Assembly (NCBI GenBank): GCA_964106645.2
Contig: OZ067048.1
Strand: one strand, 5' to 3'
DNA from: Podarcis pityusensis
Lineage: Eukaryota
DNA length: 64,000 nt
Below the pieces are notes generated by a model that searched no databases, was not told the origin of the DNA, and saw only the letters and a list, made by a program, of their open reading frames with translations. Of the stretch, positions 12,101-24,100 are shown piece after piece (positions within the stretch are counted from its first letter, which is position 1; every line of letters begins with the position of its first letter). The translations under genes were made by a program, and so were the position numbers.

Positions 12101-15100
12101 CCCGCCTGATGCCATGAGTGGGGAAGACCCAGCTGTTCAGAGTCAGAGCCCCACAGGTTCCCCCCTCCCCACAAACACTAGAGCCCAGCAATCCCCCTGG
12201 CCCACAGGGGCAGCTCCTGACTGGGAAGGTGTTGCAGGCACAGCAAAGGGACTGGGCAGGATTTGTCCCATGTGGGCTGTGGGCCTGTTTTTCACCAGTG
12301 AAAGGATGTTTCCTATTCCAATGACTGGTCTCCTGCCCACCGCTGGCATCCTGGATGGCGGCTAATAGATTGAGGTTGAATCCTGACAAGACAGAAGTAC
12401 TGTTTTTGGGTGACAGGAGGCAGGCAGATGTGGGGGACTCCCTGGTCCTGAATGGGGCAACTGTGCACCTGAAGGACCAGGTGCGCCACCTGAGAGTTAT
12501 TTTGGACTCACAGCTGTCCATGGAGGTCAATTCTGTGTCCTGGGCAGCTACCAGCTCCATGGTAGCTGGTACGCAGGCTGAGACCCCACGTGCCCGCAGT
12601 CTGCCCAGAGTGGTGCATGCTCTGGTTATCTCCTGCTTGGACTACTGCAATGCGACCTACGTGGGGCTACCTTTGAACGTGACCCGGAAACTGCAGTTAA
12701 TCCAGAATGCGGCAGCTAGACTGGTGACTGGGAGCAGCCACCGGGACCACATAACATCGGCCTTGAAAGACCTACATTGGCTCCCAGTACGTTTCTGAGC
12801 ACAATTCAAAGTGTTGGTGCTGAACTTTAAAGCCCTAAACGACCTCAGCCCAGTATACCTGAAGGAGCGTCTCCACCCCCATCGTTCTGCCTGGACACTG
12901 AGGTCCAGCTCCGAGGGCCTTCTGGTGGTTCTCTCCTTGCGAGAAGCGAGATTACAGGGAACCAGGCAGAGGGCCTTCTTGGTAATGAAACCCGCCCTGT
13001 GGAATGCCCTCCCATCAGATGACATCTGATGTCAGCCCTGTTTAGGAAAGTTTTTAATGACTGATGTTTTAATGTATTTTTAATATTTTGTTGGAAGCTG
13101 CCCAGAGTGGGGAAACGCGGCCAGATGGGTGGGGTATCAATAATAAATTATTATTACTCGCTCACTCACCTCCTGAGAAATGCCCTCGCGAGGTGCCAAC
13201 TGCTGGCTGATGGCGGCCAAGGACGCCTGGTCCACGTCCCGAATGCACTTGGTCAGCAGCTCAATGGCCTCGTCGCATTCCCGCTGGCCAGGAGCCTTGT
13301 CTCTGCCAGGAGGAGGGCAGACCATCAGCGTGGCTGAACCCACCAAACACCCAGAGCGGCCAACACCCTCCCCCTGGCACAGCCCTGGCAGCGCGGGAAG
13401 GCATGGCGGGCACCCGGCACCCCCACCCGGCAGCTGTGGGTCTCACCTCATGTTGGTGATGAGCTTCTTGATGGAATCGGAGACGGTCCGCGAGTGTCCG
13501 GCCAGCACTGACCACTTGGGTGGGTCCTTTGGGTTGACGGCCAGAGAGCGAGCTGTCTGGATGAGGCCGGCGGAGCTCTCCAGCATGGTCTTGGCAGAGG
13601 AGATGATGGGCTCCATGGCTCTGCGCCCCTGCAGGGGTGGGGGGAGCGCCAGGTGGTCAAGGGGAAGCTGGTGAGCAAGTGGGGGCACAGCTGGGGCTCT
13701 GAGAAGCCCCCCACCAAGTCTAACTCCCTGCTCCCCCGAAAAGGATGCTGCCCTTGGCAGCAGAGGAAATTACCCCCCACCAGGCCCTGACTGGGTCCTG
13801 CCCCCCGACTTACCTCTGGGCTGATCTGAGCAGGAACGGTGGCAAACTCTGGGTTGGAGGCAAAGGCGGTCAGGTTGTCCACGGCCTCAATGAGGGGGGA
13901 AGTGGCCTCGCGGCAGCGCTCCCGGTTCTCTGGGGTGAAAGCGCCGTCCAGAGCCTGCAGGGAAGGACAGAGGGACGGGCAGCACTGGCCTTTGGGCTTC
14001 CTCCCCACAGATTAAGCCCACGGCCCAAGAGGACGTGGGGCTGCCAGGGTGGACTCCCCACTCCAGCAGCTCCTCCAGGGACAGGATCCCCTGAGCTCCC
14101 CATGAGAAGGACCAGGCCCTTTGGGTCGAATCCTTCAGCTCCAGCCAGCGCCGCCCCTCCCCTGAATCTGCTTTTTGTCAGACGCCAAATACTTCTGGGA
14201 TTGCTCAGCCAGCAGCTCCGTTCCTGGCAGGCAAATCTACTGGCGCAGCGACAGAAATGAGCCTCCTTTGACGTCCAGCGGCTGCACCAGCAAATTGTCC
14301 AGCCTGGCTCTGAGGCTTTTCTCCTTCATTTTTGTGTTCATGAAGGTAATGATCTAATCTCTAATCACTAGTCCTCGTGTGAAGGACGAAGGACCACTTT
14401 CCACTCTGTATCACAGCCCCTAAGCCCGCTTTCAGAGCTCCGGCTCCTGGCTCAAGACCGGCTCCCCACGCCGCTTCACGGGCTGAACCCCAGAGACTGG
14501 AGCAGGGAGCCCTTGCTCTGCGTGGGGAAACAGGGGGAGCTTTCCCTTGGGAGCTGGTGGTGGCAGAGCAAGGCCAGGGAGGGGCTGCCTCACCAATGCT
14601 TGCCCTTGACCAGAGAAAAAAGGGGGGGGGGAGAGAGCTTGAGAAAGAGAAAGAGATGGGGTGGGGTGGGGGAGAGAAAACACAAAAGAAAGAGGGAAAG
14701 AAAGAGAGGGAGAAAAGAGAAAAAGATTTAAAGGGGAATAGAGAAAGAGAGAGAGAAAGAAAGGAGGGCTTCCCCCTTCCCAGGCTCATCACAGTGTCAT
14801 CCCACCCACGTGACCCGACACCTGTCAATCAAGTACCTTGATGGTCTTGACCAGGTTGGCGGTGCTGTTGGCCACCTCCTTGGCAGACTGGACAAACTGG
14901 CGCTTGGCCACTGGGTTGGCGGTGCGAGATGAGGCCAGCCGGCAGGTGTTGCAGAGGGCAGAGGTGTGCTTGGCCACGATGGTGGCGGCTGAGAGGACCT
15001 GCGGGAGGCAGCGGAGGGTCCTCCACGTTAGGCCACGGCAGGCGGACGGCAGCCAGGGAGGTGGGGGGCCTGCAAGTCCTCCTGCCTGGCCCCTGGAGAT

Positions 15101-18100
15101 GGGCATGTGGAGACGCGTGGCACAGGGCACAGGAAAACCCTTCCTTCCTTCCCCACTTTTGGACCCCGGCTGGAGCCTCGCCATCACAGCAGGTCTCCAA
15201 CCTCCCAGTCCGAGGTACCTCCTTGCTCACGGCACCGTCAACATATGCAGCTGGCTTCCATCCTGGCCCCTTGCGGGACTTGACAAAGGACTAAACCAGC
15301 AACACACACACACGCCTCACAAGGGGCTCTGGCTGTGCTCCCCCCCCCACCCCACGGCTCCCTTGCACAGCTTGGGCGATGCGCCACCCAAGGGCTCACC
15401 TGGGACTGGGTGCAAGCCGGGTCAATCAGGTTCTGGCAGGCCATCTGGATGGCTTGGTTGGCTCTTGCAAACTGGGTGGGGTCCACCAAGCCTTGCTGTC
15501 CTGCCTGGCTATTGGGGTCCGAGACGCCAACCAGGTAGGCAGCCTGGGAGCAGAAGGAAGAGACGTAAGAGGTGGGGGCTGGGTGAGCAACGGAGCAGCC
15601 AGACGCTCTCCCTGCACCCCAAAAGGAGAGCCCCCACCCCCTCATTTCCCGCGGCCTCCCTACCTGGGCAGCCGCTTCCGTGAAGCCGCAGAGGGCCTTG
15701 GAGGCGGTGCTGATGGAGTCGCCAAACTCGGGCAGCTTGCTGTTCTTGGCATTCTGGGAGATGCCGGCCATGGCTTCCCCCAGGACCTGCAAAAATAAGG
15801 AGGGAGAGGGTGGGTGCCAGGCCTGGGAGGGGAAGCAGAGCCCCAGAGGAGCCTCCCAGGGCTGGGGTCACAGAAAGCAGCCACCGCCCACCCCCCAAAA
15901 GAGAGAGCCCCCCCACTCACCTTGGAGTTCTCCATGACACTGTCCAGACAGTTGAAGTACGACATGTCGTTGACGGCCTGCGTGGGATTCTCCAGCAGCT
16001 CTCGCACCGTCTGGGGAGGGGGAAAGGCAGCTCAGGGCTCCCCAACCACCACTGCAGGCCCCTCCTAGAGACTCCCCTCCCGCCTGGCAGGCTGTGGTCC
16101 CCCGACAGCAGCCCCCACCCCCCTTCGCTGCACAGAAGGCTACCTCCAGCTCCCGCAGGGCGTTGTCGCATTCCTTCTGGCCGGGCGCTTGCTGGGTGCA
16201 CATGGTGATCAGCTGGTTGATGCTGTCCGTCACGGCCCTGCAAGGACAGAGGCAGCCCATGAGCCCCCCCTGTGCCCCCCCAGCCATGGCCAGCCAGCCA
16301 CTCCGGGAAGGAGCTTCCACAGCCAAGAGACAACACAAAGCAGTCTTCCCTACTCTCATCCCCTCCCTCGCCCCCTCCAGGAGGGAGCCCCTACCTGGCA
16401 GCGGCTGCCAGCTGGTTCTTGAGGTTGGGGGCCGCAGGGTCAGCGGAGAGGGCCTTGGCGGCCAGGAGGAGCTTGCTGGACGACATGGAGATGCTCTTCA
16501 GGTTGGAGACCACCTGGGCCTGGGCTTCCCTGGACTGTGGGGAGAAAGGGAGGGAGGGAGGCAGAAGGAGGGGTCACTCGGCCATCCGCCCCAGGCCAGG
16601 GGGCCTTGCATTCACCCAACAGCCCCACTGCCAGCCAACCAGCTTGGCATCAACTCGTTCCTTGGGACGAGGGGCACTCCAGTCAGCACCTGCACCTGCT
16701 TTCTTTACTACGGTTGAAAAGCCACATAAAGCCAATCTGCTGTTTTACTAGGGAGCTGTCAGGGCTCCCAGGCCCAATCCAGCCAGGTGCTGAGCCTGAA
16801 TGGAGGAGCAGAGTGAGACTCCCCGCCTTGCCCTCCAGGCAAATGGACATTTTGGCAGAGCCCTGACTGAGCAGCCTGCCCTTCTTCCAGAGCCCGTCCC
16901 TCCGGGGAAGATGGTCCCCTGGCACTGCCCACCCGAGTCCCTCTCTAACCCCACTGCGTGCGCGCACACACACAGGTTCAATTTGCCCCCCTGCGTACAG
17001 CCCTCCCTCCACAAGGGGGTCTCTTACCGGCGACTGGCCGGCCATCTCCACACCGGCCTGCAGGAACTCGTTGAAGTCTTGGCCGAACTTGCCGGAGGCC
17101 TTGGCCAGGTCCTGGGGGGTCCCGCGAGACGCCTGCACCAGCTCCGTGGCCGACTGGTTGAGGCCAGCAGCCGCCTGGTTCAGGTGACTCTGGGCCTCCT
17201 GGAAGTTTTTGCCACTGGGGGGGAACTGAAGGGAGGGAGGGAACGAGAGTCAGCTTCAGGCACGGGACTCACAACAGGGCTACCCCCCCCCCCCGCTCCC
17301 TTGACATGCAAAGAGACACTGCCTATTGGCCAGAATAAATTACAGCAGCACCTCTTCCGTCTTCAGATACAAGCCCTGGGCTTCACTTGGACCAGGGATA
17401 AAAGCAAGAGTCAGGTCCACCTGCCCAGGTATTACTTGGCTGGGATGGATCTGCTGCTCTCTGTGCTGATATTTGTACCGCTCCTTTCATGGACGTGAAT
17501 TAATGTTTTCTTGTATCCATGGGACAGCAGGACGGACGACTGGGAAGAAGGGGCCAGATTCTCCCTCGTTGGAGGTTTTAAAGCAGAAATCCCATGGTCG
17601 CCTGTCGGGGATTCTCTAGCTGTAATTCCTGCACTGCAGGAGGTTGGACTAGATGAGCCCTGGGTGACCCTTCTGACTCTACAATTTGTATCCTGCCTCA
17701 GAATGGCTTTGACAACAAGGAGCAGGACAGAAAGGCTTTAAGTAACTGATGGGGTTTTGCTCTGCAGGATCACTAATGCTGGGGAAACCCAGCCAGATGG
17801 GCAGGGTATAAATAATAAATTATTATTATAACGCAGAGGCAGTCAATGGGGCAGCCCTAGAGCCGAGAGCGAGACGGGGGGCGACTGTCGGGGTGTGTTG
17901 TGCCGGGGCCATTTTCAAAGGGGAGGGATAACTGCAGCCCAGAGGAGGGGGGGCAGACACGCCGCCCTGCGTTGTACAAGGGCCCCTCAGTTTGCTAAAC
18001 TGGTCCCAGAGGTGAGGGGCCAGGAGACAGGCCTCCTCGAGGGCCCAGACCCCCCAGAGGGGATGCCCTCCCCGCCTCCCGCCAAGCCAGAGAGAGAAGG

Positions 18101-21100
18101 GAAGGGGCTCACCGAGTCAGCCAGGAGCCTCTTGCTGGCCTCGCCCACTGTGCGAATGGCGGCGTCCACATCCCGTTGGCCAGGAAGGCAGTTGACGCAG
18201 CGGTTGAGAGCCTGAGAGACGGCCTTGGCCACCTGCCAGGAGAGGGCAGAGAGGCTCAGTGGGGAGGGCCACAACCCCCCACCCCACCCACGGCCCCCAC
18301 GCCAGGCCGAGGCTCACCTGCGCCAGGCGCTGCTGGCTCTCGGGGTCTCCTGGCTTGGCCACGGCCTTGCGGGCCTCCTCTATCAGGTTGCCAGCCTTGT
18401 CCATGACGTCACCTGCGCACTCCAGCATGGCGGCCTGGACCTGCGGCTCCTCCGAGTTGGCAGCCACCCCGCGGGCAGCTTGGCTCAGGGAGCGCAGCGC
18501 ATGGGCCACATCGCGGGCAGCAATCCCTGGGGGAGGGAGGGAGGGGGAGAGGGCAGCGTCAGCCCCCCAGGCAAGGACCCTCCCTCCCCAAGAGGGGGCG
18601 AGGAGGAAGAGGAGGAGGATGGGTCCAATCCAGACCCAGGAGGAACAGAGGGATGTCTCCTGAACTAGGCATAGCAAGGGGGGAGCCTGCCACAGCTGGG
18701 GGGAGGAGCAAGGGAGGCTGCTGGTGGGGAGGGGGTTTGGGGGGCACGGAGGAGTACCTGTGTAGTTTTCGTTGCCCTGGGCAACCTCTCCCAGCAGCTG
18801 GGCAATGGCGGAGCTGACGGCCTTGGTGCTGTTCCCCAGGTCCTGGGCGCTCTTCTCCATCTGCAGGACACACAGAGTCAACAGGCCCCCGTGCCCCCAC
18901 CTGCCCCTTGTGCCTGCTGTGCCCACCCCACGCCTTCTGACCCCCCACGCCCTCCTCTGCTCACCGTCTCTCCCGGAAGAGGTTTCAGCTTGCCCTCTCT
19001 GGCCGCCGTCTTGGCTTCCTGCAAGTCCCTCTCCAGGCTCTGCACCAAGCTGAGGGCCGAGTCGATCTCCAGGGGGCCGCAGGCCTCTTGTGCCTGCCGT
19101 GGAACAGGAGGGTGTCATCCCCAGGGGGCGCTACATGTCATCCCCAGCCCCTGCCACCATCCCACACTGAGGGCCTCAGCATGGCTTCCTCCACAGAAGA
19201 CCGGCAGAAGACTCCGTGGGGAGGGAGGTCCCCTTCACCCCCCAGAGAACCAATGGCCACAAGACACAAGAGGAAGAAGCAGCAGCAGCAGCCGCCACGG
19301 CTGTGCAGAGGGCGGGGGGCTTGACGGCTGCTCCTCCTTACCTTCTGCGCTGCTGTGCGAAGTTCAGCCAAGGCGGCTGCCAGGTTCTTGGCGCACTGGC
19401 TGAGCTGCATGGCGGAGGCCTGGTCCGAGATGGTGGGCACTGTGGCCTTGGCTGCGGCCACCATCTTCCCGCCGGGCTGCAGCGGGGGGAGGGAAAGGAG
19501 AGTGGTGACCATGAGGAGCCCCCAATCCTGAGGAGCCCCCCACCCTGGGGTGCCCACGCAACCTGCCCCCTTGCCCTGTGGGCGCCCTCTGCTGCCCATC
19601 CCCTCACCTGCAGGAAGTTCTGGCTGGCAGCAATGAGAGCCAGCTGGGCGCTGGGGCTGTCGGGCTGTGACTGGCTCCCCCGGACGCCCTGGACCAGCAT
19701 GGGGATCTGGTCCGCCACCACCTGGAGGAGGGCGGGAGAAAGAGACAGTTGGGGGGCCTCCATCAGAAACCCATCTTGGTCCTTCTTGCCCCAGAGGGGC
19801 CAGGAGAGTCTCGGGCTCAGGGGGTGAGCCCACCAACACCCAAAGGAAGCAAGAGGCGCCCACAGTAGGAAGTACTTGTGGCCGGTGTTTCTGATCAATG
19901 TCATAGCAGCCATTCATTAACAACAACAACAACAACAACAAATTATTTATACCCCACTCATCTGGCTGGGTTTCCCCAACCACTCTGGGCGGCTCCCAAC
20001 AGAATATTAACAACAACAACAGCAAATCAATAAAACATCAGACACTAAAAACTTCCCTAAACGTGGCTGCCTTTATTTATTTACTTGGCAGCAGCCTCCC
20101 CTGTCAAATGAATGAATGTATGTTATGGTTAGTTATATCGCTATCAGTATTGCTATTAAAATTATTGTGTTACGCATTGTGTGTTTTTGTGCCGTAACCT
20201 GACCTGTGATCTTTGGATGAAGAGTGGTATAGAAATTTAATTAATAGCAATGGCCGCAACAGCAACAATAAGGAGAGGTTGGGATGGCCTCTCACCGCCC
20301 CCCCCCCCAGCCAGACACCCACACTGAGGCCAGGGGGCGGGGAGGGCAAGCTCAGCACTCTCTTCCCTCCCTCCCTCCCTCCCTCTCACCTTGCAGCTCT
20401 GCACCAGCTGCTGGTGGGCAGCCGGGTTCTTGTTGGTGGTGGCTGCATGCTGGGCGGCTGCGATGGTTTGGGTGGCGGCGGCGGCTGCTTGCTTGGCTGC
20501 ATGCTGGGGAGAGAGAAAGTGGGGGACGGGGTGAGGCCAGGAAGGCCCCTTGCTCTGCCCAGCCGGCCAGGCTGTGGCAAGCGACTGGCATGGGCACACA
20601 CACGCCACTTGCAGCACTCACCTCCAGCCGGTGCACCAGCTTCTTCTTGATGGCGTTCTGGGCGGCTGCGTTGGTGGCCATGCGCAGGCCCTCAGCCGCC
20701 TCCCGCAGGCGCTGCTGCTGCTCCTCACTGTCTGGGTGGGCTGCAGCCCCCTGGTGGGCAGGGAGCAGGAGGGGGAGACTGGTCAGAATGGCCCCGCCAG
20801 GCCACCCACCACCACCTCACAGGGACCAGGAGCAGGGAGTCTGAGCGGGCGGTGCCAGTGAGGCTCCCACCAGGAGCCCGGGGGGCACTGGCAAGGGGAA
20901 TGTATGTGGCTGGCACCAGAGGGCATGAGGACAGGTTGAGAGGGCATCACCCGGGGGAAGTGGACAACCCCCTCCCTGAAATGGGATGTGGCGAGGAGGG
21001 CATCATTGTGGGCACAAACGTGGCACTCAGTTGTTGCTTCCCAAGGAAGGGGAACCAATCCAGGGTTGGGGAGGCTCTCCCTGGCCACAGCGCCAGCACC

Positions 21101-24100
21101 CTCCTTCCACTGCCAGAAGCAGGACATGAAGTCGTGGTTCCTGAGTTGCCAGAGGGTGGTCTACAATTCTTTGACCCTGTTGCTGGGAACTCCAGGCGGG
21201 GAGCGTCACTGCTGCCGCCCTCAGGCCCTGCTGCTGGCTGGCCCCTGGGAAGAGGAGGCAGGGCTGGAGGGGCCTTATCCGGCTGCCAAGGCACAAGGGC
21301 AGAGGTCCAACAGGTAGGCCTGCGCCTGACCCCTCCACCTCGCTCCCCTGCCAGGCATCTGCCCAGCCCCTCCACTGACGCCACACCTTGGCTGCCTCCA
21401 CCATCTTGGCCGTGGCGTCGGCCAGGATCTTGGCCGCACTCAGCAGTTTGCGCGAGTTCTCCAGGTCCGTCTCCCCTTCGGCATCGGCCTTGATGGCGTT
21501 CACCAGGTCGGAGGTGGCTTGAGCCAGGATGCGGGCCTGACGCACCATTTCCCCTGGGGAGGAGAAGGAGGAGGAAAGAGGTGAGGGCCAGCCCCACAGA
21601 CGGACCCCGAGACGCCCTCAGCCATCCCTCCCGCCCACGTGGCCAGCCCCCCCCAGCCTCCGTGGCTGGGCCCCAAGGGGTCCCTCCCCCCAAGGCCCGC
21701 TCACCCGCATCCCCCATGGAGCTGAAGATGTTCTCCGTGACGTTGAGGATGGTGTCGGTGGCCTGGTCGTAGCGGCCGATGGGCTGCCCGCCCGTGGCAT
21801 GCTGCTTGATGTGCTCCAGCAGGTCGTTGAGGGCTTGTGTCACGGCCGTGGCTGCCACCCCCACCTGCTTCAGCAGCTGCTCGTCGCCCGTGGCCGCCTG
21901 CGACGCGTCCACACAGCTCTCCACCGACTTGGCCACCAGCTTGCCAGCTTCCACCAGCTGCTCCTGGCAGACGGGCGAGCTGATGGTGGGCGCCACCACC
22001 TGCCAAGGAGGAGGACGAATGGACAAGGCACAGGGCGGTCAGAGCAGTGGCCCAGCCTGCCCCAGCCCCACCAGCCCCACTTCCCACAGGGCTGAGAAAG
22101 CACCCTTTGGGGAGATGGCAGGGGCTGGCTTACGCTCCTCAAATGAGGGCCTTCTCCAAACGGAAGCCCAAACAGTGCCCTCCACCGAGGCAGGTGTTTT
22201 CTGGAAGAGGAACAACCAAGGCCAGCTGCTGCCCCAGACCCTGAGCAGGGCCAGGGTGCCAGGGGTGGGTGCTCAGGGCCTGCCACTCACCTTGGTGCAA
22301 GCCACCAGCTGGGAGGTGGAGAGGGCGCACTGCGTGGCGGCAGCAATGACCTGTGTCTGCAGCACCGAGTCCTCCGTCTTCTGGGCCACGTTCTTGGCTT
22401 TCAGTACCAAGGCGGCAGCGGCACTGGCCACGGCCTTCGCCAGCTGCATCAGCATGTCCTGTCGGGGGGGGGAGGAGGAAGAGGTGGCATCGGCTGGTTG
22501 CGCTCATGAAACATTCAGCAGGGAAACCCGAGCTGGGCAAGGAGGGCCCTTCCAGGCTCTCCTGGCGCAGGTGAGATCATCCTTCTTCCGCCTCTGCCAG
22601 CACAAACCTCACCCCTCCGTGCTCCTGCGGCACTCAGCCCCCCCCCCCAGACACCCCCCCCAACCACACCCTCTCTGGCCTCAATCACAGGCGCAGAGAG
22701 CACCGCGCACCAAACCCGTCACCAAGAGGAAGCGCCCACAGCCCCCCACCGCAAGGACCGGGAGGGGGGAGAGAAGATGCTCGGATTCCCCTGCTGCCAA
22801 AGCAGCCAAGACCCCACATGGGGCGCTGGGGGCAGAAGGAGCCTCCAGGCCGCCTGCCCTGATGCAGGCCCAGCGCCGAGAGGCTGGCAGGGTTCCCTGG
22901 CATCTGTGCAGGGAACAGGCAGCGCCAGCTGCTCTTCCAACAGAGGTCCCTGCTGACTTTGCTACCATGCCATGTGGCGGAGAGTCCCACAGGCAGCCTC
23001 CTGGGGGTCCTGCCAAATCTTGGCCTACGCGGACCCTCTGGCCGGTGATCTTGGGGGCTTCCTGGCTTGTGGGTCAGAGCCATCCCACCAACTGGAGGGG
23101 CCGAGGCTCCTGCAACAGGGGGAGCCGAGCATGAGCCAGCGAGAGCAAGAGCTTGCCCCAAGCCCCTTGGCCAGCGAGCCCCACTGATTGGCAGCAGCGC
23201 AGAGGAGGGCTCTGCCCCAGAGAGCACAGCCCCTGCTGGGCTCAGGCCCTTTACCGTCTTGGGGTCAGGGGCGGACAGGGTCCGAGGGCGCCGGCTCTCC
23301 ACCATCTGCACACGAATCCACAAGACAAGAGAGGTTACTGGGCCCAAGCGCCACCCCCCTGCCCATCCTGTGCCAGAGGGCAGGTGGCCTGCGCCAGGCT
23401 GTCCCCCGCCAGGTGTGCCCCAGAGGACTCCCGCTTGCCACTCACCTGGAAATGGGGGTCGGCGTCGCTCTCCCCGATCTGCTGCAGCAGTTCCCCACTC
23501 GTCTGCCCCACGGCGCCTGCAGCTTGCAAAAGGTTCTGCCGCGGCTGGAGGAGGAAAGGGCTGGAGGTTAGGGGCGGCCCCTGAAGGCAACCCACAAGAC
23601 CTAAACCCGAACAGGCAGACCCTCGTGGTAAAGTCCCCTTTGTCCAGCTGGGAATGGCTGTCACAGAAAGTGGGCAGAGTTGGGTGCCTGTCGCATCTCT
23701 AGAGGAACGCTGTCCCTCAGAATAGGGGCAGCCACACGGAAGGCTCCGCTCAGAGTTAATGTGGAGGTTTCTGGGGTCCATGGAGGCTCGATGGAGAATC
23801 ACAGCATCATAGAGTTGGAAGGGACCCCAGGGTCATCTAGTCCAACCCCCTGCAGAGGGCAGGGCTCTCCTGGGTGTAGGAGGGTCAAGGCGGCCTCTCA
23901 ACACATTAACCATGACATGTTGGCTGAGAACCTTTCGGCGCTGCCAGGCTTCTGAAGACATTTGCAAAAAATGTTTTCTGTAGAAGTTAACTGAGCTGTG
24001 GTTTTAGATGTTGCTGTGATTTTAATGTGCATATATGGAGTCACAAAGAGTCGGACACGACTAAACAACTAAACAACTAAACAACAACAAACCGTATTTT

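Noticed and set aside
21779-23134. 451-aa + strand ORF and the many other ORFs overlapping TLN1
   Set aside because: Antisense shadows of GC-rich talin exons and introns, with no independent coding signal.
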